A DNA stretch of 64,000 nt from Owenia fusiformis (taxonomy: Eukaryota). Made by a program: the position numbers and the translations under genes. How positions within the stretch are numbered: the stretch's first letter is position 1; each line of letters starts with the position of its first letter. Shown here piece by piece: positions 1 through 14,800 of this stretch. The stretch spans positions 26,412,001 through 26,476,000 of the forward strand of contig CAIIXF020000001.1 of the NCBI GenBank assembly GCA_903813345.2, read 5' to 3'. The notes below the pieces were generated by a model. It did no database searches. It saw only the letters and a list, made by a program, of their open reading frames with translations, and was not told the DNA's origin.

Positions 1-298
1 TCATCTGTCATTTCATGAAGAGTATACAGCATAAAGAACATTATTAGTACATTACTTCAAATTCAGGCCTCCTAGACTTCAACTCACATGGTTGTCAGTC
101 CCAACCTCGCTGACCTCATTCCTCCACCCACAATGCGAATATCAGTTTTTAAGTCCTGAATGACCAGTTCTTTTCTCTCGAACTTATTTCTCCACTCGCG
201 CATCGAGTCCCCACATTATGAAAACTGGTGATCATGTGAGTCGAACTCTAGGAGGGCTGAAGCTCACCTCACCCAATCTCCCAACATTGCCAAAAATC

Positions 299-1483
299 CA
301 CTACGGGCAAATTATTGATATGACGCGCCAATTTCGTCTTATGCTTTTCACTCTAAAACCTACCGCTAGGTGTTCACGCGCTCCCGGTCTATACTTCTTG
401 TAAAACCCGCTTTCTTGGTGAGCAGAATAGAATTGCTTAAAATTAACAGATTTTTCTGATTTTTTCAATGGTGGTACTAGGGGGTCTCTACTGCATGTTT
501 ATCTAAATTATAAGTTGCTATGGTGTCAAATGTTTTCGTCATCTTTCTGTAAATAACCTTGAAAACATCGTGAGTGCAAAATTGTTGCGTCAAACAGACA
601 TGTTTAGGTTGGTCGCAGGAGAAGCCGTTTTACACCACTGTTCTTGGACGGATTCCGAAAATAATTTCACGACAGTAATCATTATGAATGTAAGTATTAA
701 AGTAATTAAATTCACATCCATACTATGAGTGTAAGTTATGTTTTCTTATGTCTAAATATCGAGGAATGAACTGCGCTGGCAGTCAGAAATAAACTTTTGA
801 TGATTGAACCGTTCAATGTATAGCGTAAACTTTAGACGGACAATTCAATAACTTAATGTGAATGGATTTTTAAATAGATTTCAGATTCATGATCATATTA
901 ATATGTAGATTAGAGGGTCTTTATTTTATAATTCTATGATCTAAATGTACTGAGTAGTGGGTGCATCAACATTACGCATTGGCAACGCTTTTCTCAAGTG
1001 AAATCAGACGAAGCTCACGCGTAAACATTGACCAACGTTTGTGTTTACACAGTCGTATTTCAAAAGTAAAGCATTATTTTAAAAATCTAAAACGATACGA
1101 TTGCGATTTAGAGTTTCTAGTTTTTGAATATGTGAATTTAAATTAATTTTATTTATAAATGAAAAAAATGAACCAAGGGTGAAAGTATGACTATCCATAG
1201 ACGTCCTTGGACTATCAAATCGTTCGTTTTAATGACTTGACCAAATGTAGCAAAATGTAGCAAACTGGGAAGTACATTATAAACATACGACTTTTACACA
1301 CGCACGGACGTATAAGAGCCAGATAAGTACAGCTGTGCACGTTCTCCAAATAAAAGGTCTCAATCTTTCTCCATTGACGGTAACATAATAATTCTGCACC
1401 TGGAGATGCAACATTTCGTCCAGTGCGATCGTGATCAGCGCACCTAGCGGATGGCGCGTCATATCAATAATTTGCCCGTAGTG
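299..1483. mobile_element. Non-autonomous CACTA/CMC-type DNA transposon in an SMC2 intron
   Basis: 32-bp TIR CACTACGGGCAAATTATTGATATGACGCGCCA at 299-330 and its reverse complement at 1452-1483. 3-bp TSD ATC on both sides. No transposase ORF. Confidence 0.85.
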
Positions 1484-1507
1484 ATCAAAGGAGACAAAAG
1501 AACTTAC

Positions 1508-4500
1508 CTCCAGTAAGAGTTCCAGCAGGATCAAATGAGTCTCCTTCAAGAGTGACACATTTCTTCATGACATCCTTGTCATATGCAACCTTCTTGGCAG
1601 AGTTCATATCTTTGCAGATCAGGGCATTCCCAAAGACATACTCCATGGCAGATCTTAGCTCAGGTTTATACTCCACCAAGCTCAGGGCTGTGTGTACATC
1701 ATTTTTGCCAACCTGGAGATTATTTAACATTAAAGCAGGGTGCAATGTAAGTGCCGACCCAGAGGCTTCTAACACTTGAACCAATTTGCAACATGACAAA
1801 TTGTGATACTATTTCATTTACACATACGATTGTATTAGATATTTTAGAAGAAAAATTGAAATGTAAGCGTACTGATGTCCTGAATAAATAAGATTTTGCT
1901 TTATTTTCTGAAGACAATCATGTAATGTGCTTAAATGATACATACCAAGGATTCTGCCTTTCTGGCTACATTGTCTGGTATTGGTCTGGATGAAATCTTG
2001 TTGAGTGGTATGAATGTATATCGTCTCTTCAGTCCACCATTTTGTAACAGTTTCTTACCAGTCACTTCAGAATCAACCACAACATTGTAGAGCTAAAAAT
2101 CAATAATAAAATAGGTTTCATAATTCAATTTTGCTGTACATTCTAAAATTGCTCTTTATCATAACAGCAGAGGGTGATTGGATTTTACTTGCATACCAAA
2201 AATACAAGTTCACACCTATGCCTTACCTTGCCTCCGGCTGCTACCTCCAGGGCAGTGGCGTACTTAGGGTCCTTCACTTTGATGAGGTTAGCCACCAGTC
2301 CATACACCTTACTGCGATCAAAGTTCTTCTCTGGATCTCTGTATTCAAACTGAAGCTGGGGAAACCTGAAAATAGTAAGTGCAAATGGGATATGCTGACA
2401 TCTACCCCAAAAACATGCAAATACATATTCCGTGTTATATCAATATGAAAATGGTTGATAAAATTAATTAAGGAAACTTTTAAATAATCTCAGCTGGATT
2501 TACATTTAAACTCAAAAAATATAATTATCCTATCGAAATAATCTTTCCACAAATAGGGCCACTCAAAGGTGATCAACTAAGACAGATTTGACCACATTAG
2601 TGTAATGTTCTACCTTGCTTCAATGCCATCAATTTTCTCTTGAAGCTCCTGTACATCATGAAGTAGACCTCGTCTTGTTGATGTCAAATTTTCCTCTTTC
2701 CCATCTTCGTATCCAAGCTTACTCATCTCTGCCTAAATGAAAAATGACAAATTGATGGTTCATCAATTGATAAAATTGAGATGATGAAAGTTGACTTTTG
2801 TGCTTAAATGTTACCCCTTGTTCTTTTTTGAAGAAAAGATAGGATTGGTACAAGACAAACACAGTAGAGATCTTCACTGTTTCTCCAATAAATTTTTTAG
2901 GCACCAACCCAATACTGTAAAACGGGTAATTTTGACACCGGGAAATTTTAGCGATTTTTCAATTTTAGGGGGTTTTAGCGCGGGAAATCTTAGCTAAATG
3001 ATGATTAATCTTTAAAAATCAAATTAGCGAAATGCATTAGAAATTTTATCATTTATGGCAGAAGAATGAATAACGGACATGACAGAGGAATTATCAAAAT
3101 GTAAGACTTCTAACGCACATGGTATTGGTCCAAACTACTGTATTTCACTGATGGATGGCTATTTATCCTTCAGATATTGAAAGAAACATATACGATTTAA
3201 AAATATTTACCTTTTTCAAATTACAAACCGGAAGTCGAGCACTGAACGAAAAGCTCCTTAAATACTAGTATTCATGTAGTTTCCCGGGAATTTGCAAATT
3301 TTACCGCCCGGTTTATTTTAACCCCGGTTTATTTTAGCGAATTGAATTTTTAGCGAAACTATAGCGATCGCTAACAATCGCTAACAATTACCCCTCGCTA
3401 ACAATACCCGTTTTACAGTATACAAAAACACTGTCGATTTATTTGTACCTCCAGTTTCTGTGAATTCTTTTTGACAGCATCTAATGTTGCTTTATCTTTC
3501 TTGTAAGCCTGATCAGTTTTCTTTAAATCTGCTTGTTTCTTCTTGATCTCCTGTTGATGATGTTTCAACCTCATTGTGGCCTGTTTGGTCTCAGTGGAGC
3601 AGTTGCTGATCTCATTCCTGGCAGCTAAATATGTAAAAATAATATAAAAGAATGAGCACTAGCATACAAAGCCTTCAAGTTAATCTTTGAAAAGGAATGC
3701 TACATAAAGCATAATAAATAATATATGATGTACACTGTATATGTTTTTCCAAATTGCCTGAAATTGGTGGACATTTCTAAATGAAAGTAATTTTCTTTGG
3801 GAGATAACAAGAATTCTTATGTTAGTTTAATATCGATAAACATTAGCCAAAAGATGGATGAGGGGGAAGACTTAATACTTCGATAAATGACTTTCACCTA
3901 AAAGAGAACTCACCTAGGAGCTGGTCATTAAGTGAGGCATCCTCTCCATCTGCATTACTAGAGAGACCAGCACTGACAGCATGGAAATGTTTCTGTGCAG
4001 CCTCATGTGCCTTCTTATCTGCCTCACTAGTCTCTTGAAGCTTCTCATAGCCACTCACTATTTTATCAACTTCTTTCTCTTTTGTCTTCATGGCAGCTTT
4101 GTCCTGAAGGAATACATTACAAACGTTTTCCATGATCAAGTAGATTTTTAAGAGGGAGTATCCGAGGATTAGCTCTCTGTAGCTATTTACTATGGTGAAA
4201 AAATAAATCAACACCTTTTTGATATTTAAATCCTAAAATGTTTGGGAGAGCTTGTTATAAGATTTCTAAGATATGAATTCATTTCAAACACTTCTTTTTT
4301 GCAAAATTTTCTCTATATGACCAATTACTGTTTCTCTTTTAATTAGATGGTGACATTTTAAATAAGGCCACAACCTAGACAAATATTCTTATGCACTTAC
4401 ATCTTGACACTGTTTAGTCAAAGATTTATGTTTCTTCTGCTCAGTTTTAAGGTTCTCTTTTTTAAGGTCCACAGCACTCTGAGATTTTGTGTGAGCTTTT

Positions 4501-7500
4501 TTCTTCTCATTTAGATCTGCTTCTATCTGTTCCATAACACCCCCAGCCTCCTGAAAATAAAAATTACAAATTATATTATTCAAATGAACTGCAATATGAG
4601 AACTTTACAGTGGCTTAGGTCATCTGAAAAATCGGGTGCCTGAACTCAGATGCACCGGGATATTTATTACTTCTAGTGAAACTGATTACATCGGTTTCAG
4701 TTGAGTGAAAATCTATAAATAGTATCATAGGGAATAACAAACCAGGTGTTTATGCAGGTCAAATGGCTAGTTTTGAATCAATGTTGATCGAGTTAAGAAG
4801 TTTGAAGAAGTTTCCTTGCAAAAAATCCCTCTGTTAAGTGCTACTGTATAAAATCTGTTGCAGTGTGTGCAAAGAATTTAAGTACATAGTTGAATGAATT
4901 ATGAATGATTTAATCCACCCGTGCATTGTTTCCTTGACTTTGTGCTACCACACTCATGCAAAGGTCTGGAAACAACACATTAGTGGATTAAATCATCCGC
5001 AATGCATTGAGTCCTGGACTTAAATTCTTAAATTGAATAAGAGATTATTTTCATTCGAGCTTACCTGATCTCTTTTCTTCTCTAGCTCAGCTATATCTTT
5101 ATCAAGTTGGTTGAGTTTGTCCTTTACTTGCTGCATGGTGCCATTCAGTTTGTCAACAGTCTCCTGCATCTTCTTCAGATCATCTGCAGACCTCTTGCAG
5201 GTCTCCTGTTAGAATACCAATTTAGAAATGAAATGTAGGGAATTACATGCTCACTAATGGGAGATGATTATCAACACCTCCATGCTGAACAGCTAATTAA
5301 TAGTATTGGCCATATGAGAATCCTTTAAATGATTTTCATAACAAGACAGAGTGACAGACACCCAGACTATGGAGACATTTTTCGACTATTTGCAGCAAGG
5401 AGGAGGAGGGACAAATACCTTAACTGACATTTCAAGCATATTTTGTCATATAGCTATGTCTTGACTTGTGAAGCAGGGTTGATATTTATGAGGTAACGGG
5501 CACCTATAACTTTGATTATAGAATATCTCACTGAATGTGTTTTCTCTGAAACAGTTACTAACAGATTGACAAAACAATTGAACAGAAAAATGAACTTTCC
5601 ATACCACTTACCTCAGCACATACAAACTGGTATGCAATGTAGAGTTTATTAAGATGCTCTAACTCCCTGATTACTTTCTGGTATTCTAGATATGACGACC
5701 TCTCAGCCTGCAGTTTTGTCAATGTGGGGGAAATCTCTTCTTTCAAGATCTGAAACATGAAAAGTAATTCATGTCATGCATGTTCTTTATTCAGTAAACT
5801 TCATAATAATCTATGGCTTATAATATACAAAGGATGAAAAATTATGGTTTTATGAAATTCATGATTTTATAAATCTTGAAACAAAATATACTTTTACAAT
5901 GATAATTTGTACTAACAGTATCAATTTCTCTCAGTTTTGTATCTTTCTTCTCTATAGTTTTTTGGGCAGCTTCCTTTTTGCTTTCATATAGTCGAGTTCC
6001 AGCGGCCTCCTCTATCATGGACAAAATCTGAAGGGAAATATGCAACACATTAATAGAAATAGGATATACACAAAGAAAGGACCAGGTTATACCAGTAGAT
6101 ATAACTTTTATTAAAATAATTGAATATAGAAAAATATGAACTGAACGGTGGCCAAGGAGAAGGAAAATGCATGGTATGTATGAAGTGCATGTTTTTGTCC
6201 AAACATATTACTGTATTTATATCATATTACTATTATTTTTAAGTTTTTTTTTTTTTATTTAAGCAATTGTTCTTGTCAAAATATCTATTCTCTTAAAATT
6301 CCTACTGTGAATACTTTATACCAGGAAAACTAAAGAATTTCACATTTATGTGTTCAATCCATTTACATTTATTTATTAATTTGGAAGATTTTTGCATTTT
6401 TCCATAAATATGTCAACTGTACACTTTACAAGCAATTTTGTCTCCCGTCTTATTCTATCATTTGGGAGATTACTGGAGAAAACACTGGTATATTTCAGTG
6501 TACATGTAATTACCTCTGGAGGCTTCATATTGAGTACTTTAGTGATGCGTCCCTGCATGATGAGAAAGTGAGGGTTGTTGATGTTCAGTTGGACAGACCG
6601 GAAAAGATCCTGGACACGATTGTTGTTTGCGTTACTTCCATTGATCAGATATTTGTTCCTTCCTCCTATTACAACCTGGAGAAGAAAAACAAATGATAAA
6701 GATTCATCAAACCCCACATATCAATTATCATTAAATATGTACTCAAACAACACATGAAACTTCAACATTTGAAACTTTATACAAGTCATTAACATGCAAA
6801 ATGTCACTACCTGCCATTTGTTACAGACCCTCAACTCCAAATGCTAGATGACGAACACCATCCACAAAAACAGAGACTATAACAATATGTTAGACTAACA
6901 TCAATAATCGGCATTGTTTTATAAAGAGTGAGACACAAGTTTATAAAGGTACACTTGTTAAAGAATATATTATAAGCGCAGTACCTGTCTCGTGACTGTG
7001 ATTTCTTCATATTGTTCATATCCAAGAGGACTCTGCTTCTTATCCATGTTATCAAAGGTAATGCTGACAGTTGCTTTGGTGACGCCAGCTTGCCCACTCT
7101 TGTAGACGAGTTCTTGAAGATTGCTTGCTCTTACCTAAATAGAAGAAATATTCAGAGTGTAGAAGTGAGAAGAAACAATCATCAGTTTGAAACATAAAAC
7201 ATCATTGTCCTTTTTCAAACATGGTCAACCATTTACACACTGCACAGTGCAAAAGGTAATAAATTTATGAAGATGAGTTTTAAATAATCAAAAACAAGAA
7301 AATGCAGTGACCCTATCATTGTTGAGATCTTAATTGTATCATGATACACATCAAAATACTGTGGATAATTAAGGCAATGAACAAAACCACACACTTGTTT
7401 ATGGTGGTGACAATTTATGAGTAATGTCACAGATGATGGTATCATATTGCAAGAATTCATTACCAAGAATGTTATATGACATCATAATTTGGAGTCTGTA

Positions 7501-8539
7501 TCATGCCATTTTACAACATTGCATTTAGCTCCATGATTTGACATGTACGTGGAGATTTAAAAATATAATAATGATTTAATTTCTATATAAAAATATTTAA
7601 TAATTTTGATGTTAAATTCAGTATTTGATTGATTGATATAATTTAGGTAGGGCAAAGGTTTGCAACGTCGACATTTGGGGTAATGTTGACATGAGAAAAG
7701 GGGTAACTTCGACACTTAGGCTACTTGTATAATAGAAAAAATAAGAATTTCCTTATTCTGCTGTTTGATTTCGAAAAAATAAAAACCTTATAAGATCTCG
7801 ATTCATGCAAAAAAAGAAAACATGGTCTAAACCTACAGATCAGAAATTTAGAGCAAATAAACAAGGTGTCAAAGTTACCCCATATGTCAAAGTTGCCCAA
7901 ATTAAATTGAGACAAAATAGCCTACCCCTTCGCACTAGAATTAGGTGATGAATTGAATAATTATAGGCATATGTATGTATGTATAACATGTATAAAAAAG
8001 ATTAAGTTGAATACATCAAGTAAAGAGGTTCTACGTGGTATATTCGACTCAATCTTTTTTAGACATTCCTGAGCCGATAATTATATTTAGCAAAGCTGAC
8101 CAAAAATCGAGATCTCCAATCAGGTAGCTAAGCAACATCGGAGAATCAACCACATGCTATCTATTGCAAGACTTACGGCTGGTGTAACCATCACCAATGG
8201 CAGGCATTGCAATATAATACAACATTGTCGCGGTTATACCAGGCTTTCACGATAACACTATCACAGTCATGGCAGGATCCTTGCGCTACTTAAAGACGCT
8301 GAATAACATGGTGACGGTTACGCCAGGCGTAAGTCTTGCAACAGATAGGGTCTCGAATCAACAACACTTACCTGGCTGAGATTTGAGATCCCAAGAAGAA
8401 AACAAATGGAGTCCAAAATATTTGATTTTCCACTTCCATTCAAACCTGTGATGGCATTGAACATGGGATCAAAACCATTTACCTCAGTCCTTTGGGCATA
8501 GGATTTAAATCCATCGATTATTATGGATTTGATATACAT
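1508..8539 (-). CDS. SMC2: Structural maintenance of chromosomes protein 2 (condensin subunit), 5' 13 exons; gene continues past the window start
   Basis: N-terminus [20 protein letters not shown]...[20 protein letters not shown] (Walker A), Q-loop [19 protein letters not shown], hinge end [20 protein letters not shown] exons with consistent phase: 8372-8539, 6985-7134, 6514-6675, 5917-6027, 5612-5749, 5065-5205, 4401-4550, 3914-4103, 3449-3624, 2614-2732, 2227-2365, 1946-2092, 1508-1712. Confidence 0.97.
2915..3418. mobile_element. MITE with TA flanks (Tc1/mariner-like)
   Basis: TA|CTGTAAAACGGGTA ... TACCCGTTTTACAG|TA; subterminal TTAGCG/CGCTAA motifs in inverted orientation. Confidence 0.75.
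4872..5029. repeat. Degenerate ~155-bp palindrome (hairpin element remnant)
   Basis: AAGAATTTAAGT...ATGATTTAATCCAC...TGTTTCC pairs with GGAAACA...GTGGATTAAATCAT...ACTTAAATTCTT. Confidence 0.6.
7646..7927. mobile_element. Probable short MITE remnant
   Basis: GGGGTAATGTTGACA and GGGGTAACTTCGACA (7677-7714) are inverted to TGTCAAAGTTACCCC and TGTCAAAGTTGCCC (7868-7898). Ends are approximate. Confidence 0.5.
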
Positions 8540-8891
8540 AGTGCTTATTTAAAATAGCCTAATCACAACAAGAATATTGTCTATTCCATCAAAATATTGA
8601 CAGAAAATCAAAAACCGCTTAAATTTGGCGGTCGTTCAGTGCGCATGCGTAAGGCTGGTGTCTCAAAAATGTTCTTTAAAACATATCATAAAGCGTCCAG
8701 AAAGACATTTTGCAAGAGCTTTATACCTTTATTTACCCTTTAATCGCTTATCTAGAATTTATTATATTTGTGAAAATGCAAATAATTAATTATTCTGTTG
8801 AAATGAAATAGGACTTTCATAAATATTCAGTCCTTATATTTGTTTATACTTCCGGTTTGAACTTTTCAAAAATTGATTTTTCTTCCTCATC
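8540..8891. promoter_or_regulatory. Bidirectional promoter region SMC2/CFAP410
   Basis: 352 bp between divergent ATGs. E2F-like TTTGGCGG (8624), NRF1-like TGCGCATGCG (8640), ETS-like ACTTCCGGT (~8848). Motif function is inferred. Confidence 0.65.
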
Positions 8892-11800
8892 ATGGTAAAA
8901 CTAAATGAAGGACTGGTTCTTGCAAGATCAAGAGCTGCCGATCTAGAAAGTGTCATAAAACTTAACTGCTGGTGAGTATTTCTCTGATCTAAACTGATGA
9001 TATATTACTGCTTTTATATATGAAAATGAAAATGATGGCTCTAAAATCTTGTCAACTTTGGATGGAAACCATATGTCTAAGGGGGCTGCCCATTGGTCCC
9101 AATCTTAATCATCTGAATCCCATTGGCCCAAATCCCAATTGCCCAAATCCCAATCTTTTGAGTCCCAATCGTCGGAAATCCCATAGGTCCAAATCCAATT
9201 GGTCCGAAACCGAATTATCAAAATCCCAATGGTCCAAATCCTGTTCGTCTGAATCCAATTCGTCCAAAACCTAATGATCTGATGGTGACATAATTAAAAT
9301 GCGAAGCTTTTATCAAGATGTCCAAAAATAATCTCCACAATCTAATGAGTGGGTTTTATATAATGTTTTGCTTCAAGTTCAATGGTCATTTCTTTCAAAC
9401 AAGGATTAAATTAAGGTCTCATGGAAGTTAACAGGAAGTGACAAAACAAAAAATGACAAAGCCATGCTGGATTTTGAAAATTTTTTGAACCAAGATAACA
9501 GAGTTCTGTTTGGACCTCCAGTCAGTTTAACTAGTTCCACATATCATTTACATGACCAGGAACACAGTTGAAATGGTCAGAATGACCATAAACATGATAG
9601 AATAACCTTTTCAGCCCTCTGAAAATGTGACTAAAAATAGCTAAGAGTAGGTGCTCAGGAAAGGTCACTGAACAGAATCTTTTGACTTTTTCAGAAAATG
9701 TGCCCAATATATTGCTCTAAATGATACAATTCGAAAAAATTTGATATCATTCTTAGAAAAAGAAAAAATTGAAAAAAACTGAATTGAAAATCGATCTATT
9801 TTCCTTTTTACTACAGCCATTATTGTTTCAGACGATTTTTTAAAATTTCAAAGATTGTGTCATTTAGAGCAATATATTGGACACATATTCTGAAAAAATC
9901 AAAAGATTCTGTTCATTGACCTTTCCTGAGCACCTACTTTTAGCTATTTTTCAGTCACATTTTCAGAGGGCTAAAAAGGTTATTTTATCATGTTTATGGT
10001 CATTCTGACCCTTTCAATTGTGTTCCTGGTCATGTAGATGATAATTGGAACTAGTTAAACTGACTGGAGGTCCAAACAGAACTCTGTTATCTTGGTTCAA
10101 AAAATTTTCAAAATCCAGCATGGCTTTGTCATTTTTTGTTTTGTCATTTCCTGTTAACTTCCATGAGACCTTAAGTCACTGGGTGTTTCAGTTTCATACT
10201 CATATTTCACAAAGTGTAAAATGCTAAACGTAGTATTTCCAATAAACATGGCTGGTTAAACCATGGGCTTTCAACTAGAAGGGTAGGCAACTTCCCATAT
10301 TTCATACATGAGCATTGCCTTGGTTTTCAATATTGGAGAATGTACACATTCCAAGAAAATCTTATTTTGCACTTTTTATTCATGATTTAAAGAAATAACT
10401 CAAAAATAAAAACATGAGTTTCTACATACATGTTGATAATTTAATAAGAAATGAAATTCATCAGGCTTTGTATAAAAAACCTCCTACCCACGTACCCTCG
10501 TACCCACGTACGTGGGTCCTGACCCAGTCTTTAAAGAGTTAAATCTTTAACATTTTTTAAACATTATTCTATCTCAATGTATGCTTAATTATGGATGAAT
10601 TTATGTACCCATATGCCTTTATTTCTAGATCGGACATCTGTCTCGTCATAAAATAAAGCCGGCATTGCATAATGTTCATTTGAGCTATTTGAGTGTTGTT
10701 TTTGATATATCGAAGCGATTTTTTGTTGATCGGGCAGTCTTACAGTGTACAACCAATCTATTGCTTGGCGCAAATTGGCCACATGGGGCATGTGTTGTAA
10801 AGTGCTGTAGTTTTTGACTCCTGAGCAGAATATGGTCAAACTTTCACAACAAAATTCACATTGAATGACCTGAATGATTCTGGATTGACGAAGTTATTCA
10901 ACTTTTCATCGGTCCTGTTTTTTAACACCCTGTAGTTTCGATTTTTATCACATATACTTTTTATTCTTTCAAACGATATTACAAGTATTCATTGTTTGCA
11001 CGACAGATTTGAACTATACGTGTAATTTGTCTTATGTCTTTTATTTAATTTAACATCAGAATTGGAGATACAAAGTGATAGAGTGATCAATTCACACGAT
11101 CTCAAGGAATAATAAAGGCTGCATTTCTGTTTAACCGTGGCGCAATTGAATAACGAAATATTTGAAAAGTAGAAGGATTCGCTATATTCGTTTTTAATCG
11201 CTTTTTGGCACAATTTAAGGATAATTGTGCGCACTAGTTCAGTGAATCATTTAGATGGAATTAAAAGTTAGAGTTGCCAAGCTTATGCAGGGGAGTGTAA
11301 GTTTGGTTTTGTAAACTTCGACATTATTCATGGCCGTTTGATCCATAATTAGGTAATATGAAGAGTAGAGTTTTATTTTGACAATGATTTGATGTAAAAC
11401 TGGTTTGAATGATAAAAGTTCAGCTTTGTAGTTTCTAGCTTTTTGCGCGTAAAACGTGAATACAATGGACAACAACGACACCAAATCTTTGACTAACATA
11501 CGTTAATAACGTATAATATTCGTAAGAATGAATTCTAATAACATTTGAAATAAACATCTAATAAAATGTGGTGAATTTAATTGGTTGGAAACTCTAAGAA
11601 ATATATTTTTAAAAAGATGTCAACTTTTGGACAAGGGTAAACTTCCCGGGACATTTACAATCTGCATGAGGTAACATGAGGCACGGATTGCACTGAACGA
11701 AGGCTAGGAGATTGCTAATCAGCACTGATGTGTTATACAGGTAAGACTGCCCGATCAACAAAAAACATTTCGACATATCAAAAACATAAATCAAATAGCT

Positions 11801-14800
11801 CAAAAATAATTCAAACATTTATGCAATTCCGGCTTTATTTTATTTTACTAGAGAGATGTCAGACCTATAAATAAAGGCATATGGATGCATAAATTCATCT
11901 ATAATTCAGGATAAACTGAGATTGAATAATGTTTTAAACATTTAAAAATTTAACTCTTTAAAGACTGGGTCAGGACCCACGTACGTGGGTACGAGGGTAC
12001 GTGGGTAGGAGGTTTTTTATACAAAGCCAATTCATCATAATTATGACAATACAGAAAGTGAACATTCTCCCACAAATTACGTTTTTATTGGAATGTGTTC
12101 TTGAATAATTACCCACAATGCAATACTCCAAGAGAACATCTTGATACCTCTTATTCTTATTGGTCTTTTTTGTTTACTTTAACATGATATTGAATATATG
12201 TTATGCTTCAATCATATTGAAAATTGATTTTTACTCAAAATAATACTAAAACATATACATTTTATCTAATACTTTTTGAAATATTACCTTAAAAGGGAAG
12301 CATGGCATTGCTCATTTTGAAGGTCTCATGTTATTACACAGAGTTGCATACCCTTCTAATTGAAAGCCCATGGTTAAACATGGAATCACTTTTATTCAAT
12401 AATCACAAATCAACCTTATGTTTTATTCCACGTCGTTCACACATTTCTTGCATCTTTATGTTGATATCAAAATTAAGTGTTACTAGGCGGGATTATGACC
12501 TATGGGATACGGACCATTGGGATTTGGTCCAATGGAATTGGGACGGTTGAGATTCAGACCATTGGGATTCAGACCAATAGAATTCAGATAATTGGGAATA
12601 GGACCGACCATTGGAATTCTGACAATTGGGATTCAGACACTTGGGATTTAGACCAATCGGGATTTGGATGATTGGGGTGACCTCATGTCTGTTTACCAGT
12701 TTCTGATCGGTCCTTTGACAACCCATAGGTTTCTTCAAATCTCTAGCCAATAACTTGGCTAAACATCATTTGAGGTTTCCTTAAGTGTCTATCTAACCAA
12801 TAACTTGCCTAAACATCATAAATTGTTTATTTTTCAGTGCCAAAGGTCTTGTTTTGTCTTAGTTCTAATTTAAGCTATCTAGATTTGATATGCTTAGAAA
12901 ATCTTATATAAGAAAATCAATGCAAGTTGGGAATGTCAAACATATGGGCAGCTGTTAAAGTTCTGGCTTGTGTAAAAATATTGGTGGCTGGGTTACTTGT
13001 TGACATGAAAGCTTGGTACTTAACATTTCTGGTAGGGTAAATGGGTCCATGCTATTCTGCAATATCCAAAAAGGACAAGAGGGGGATTAACCCCAGAGTT
13101 CAAAGATGACATACGCTTATAATGTAAACCTGTATTCAATGTCATGCAATAGAAATCATAAACAGAAAATCTTCTTTTGAGTAAAAACGTTCAACATTTT
13201 GGAAAAAATGTTTTCATATGGGTCCCTATTCATAATTTTTTGAATTGTTCGATTTGATTAATATCACGGCCACTTGAAAGAAAACATACTGTTTTTTTAT
13301 AAAAACACTGTATTTGTGACCAGAAAGTTCTCCTGACTCTGATTGAAGCTAAATGGTGCAGGGGTTCTTGGTCAATATGTCTGCTTGATAATGTATATGG
13401 ATATTATGGAGAAAAATTGAACATTTTATATGTATACTGTACATTTACGTTGAAATATTTTTTGTAGGGGTTCAGAACTGACAGATATTAGTATCCTGAA
13501 AGAAACACCCAATGTTGAAGTTGTTAGTCTCAGGTATGTAATGTTATAGTGTACATGTTCATGTGATAAGTACAGACAATTAGACACATCACTCACTAAT
13601 GATACATTTATTGAATTCAAATCATTTGCAATATGGCATTCGAGATACACATACTTTCTTCAGAGGAGCAAAATTTAAGTTCTTACATAATTGGCTGCTT
13701 GGCTCAAGGCATGTGCCCAGTTTGCTGATGCTTATGTATTCGTGTCACTTGACAGGGGTCGATATATCAGCAATACTATACCCATATGATAAGTCGGTCT
13801 CAATATATAATATCTAAGGTACGTAAGATATTATATAAGTAATTATAATGAAACATCACTGCATCTTTTAATTCTTGTTAAATCTTTCAGTGTGAACCAC
13901 ATTTCCTCACTAGCGGACCTAGCATCCTGCAAGAATCTTCAGGAGCTTTACATAAGAAGAAATGACATTAAAAACTTAGCAGAGATATGTTATCTGAAAA
14001 ATCTGCCAAAATTGCGAATTTTATGGTTGGCTGATAATCCATGTGCAGTGGGGGATAGGTACAGAATGACAGTCTTGAAAACACTACCTAACTTACAGAA
14101 ATTTGATAATGTGTGTAAGTACATAGAAACATCGTCGTGTTGATTTTTAATTTATCCATTAAATTAAATGTGTTACTTGCGGTTGATCTAGTATTTTTCA
14201 AATCCTTTTTGAAATCTTGCTGATTTTCATTTAAGAAAATTTGTAATCTGCAGGCATTTGAATACCATTTTGGCATCAGTTTGTTTCATTTTGGTGCCAA
14301 ACGGGCCTGAACTTTCAAGCAGCATCAGAATTTTCATGATAAACAGTTGTTTAACATGTCTTATGTCACCCCCAGAAGTGCTGCAGATTATTATAGTCTC
14401 CAGCTTTTTTTGTGGATGATGTTCTGCGGTTGATGTTTGGTGTCTGTAACAAATGGCAGGTTGTGACATTTTACATGTTATGCCTTGTATTTGTCTCAGA
14501 CTATGTTGATATCATATTTTCAGTGGTCCAACAAGAAGAAATAAATGATGCTATTGAACAAGGCCAAGAGCTGACACCACCCAAAGGATGCTCAAGTTCC
14601 AGTTCTGCCCCTTCTAGACCCAAAACACCAAAGAAAACTGAAAAATCATTTATAAAACTTGAAGATGACACTAGTACTTTGTCATTAGAGGAAACTAAGT
14701 AAGTACAAAATGCCTGTTACAAAGTCATCAGGTTGTAGCCAGGGTCAAAAATTTGGCAAGGCAAATAAAAATAGGTGAGGCAAAGGAGTGCTATCGATAT

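Larger units (their letters stand above)
9082..12684. mobile_element. Foldback-type element with inverted arrays of ~15-bp repeats, hosting nested insertions
   Basis: (CCAAATCCCAATGGT)-like array at ~9090-9270 and its reverse-complement array at ~12490-12680. Flanks ATGTCTAAG and ATGTCTGTT may be a decayed TSD. Confidence 0.65.

Noticed and set aside
299-330. ProtoRAG/Transib identity for the CACTACG terminus
   Set aside because: The TSD is 3 bp (ATC), not 5 bp, and there is no nonamer or RAG-like coding sequence.
9020-9274. ORFs with PN/NW repeats here and at 12302-12750
   Set aside because: They are translations of the 15-bp repeat arms of a foldback element, not genes.
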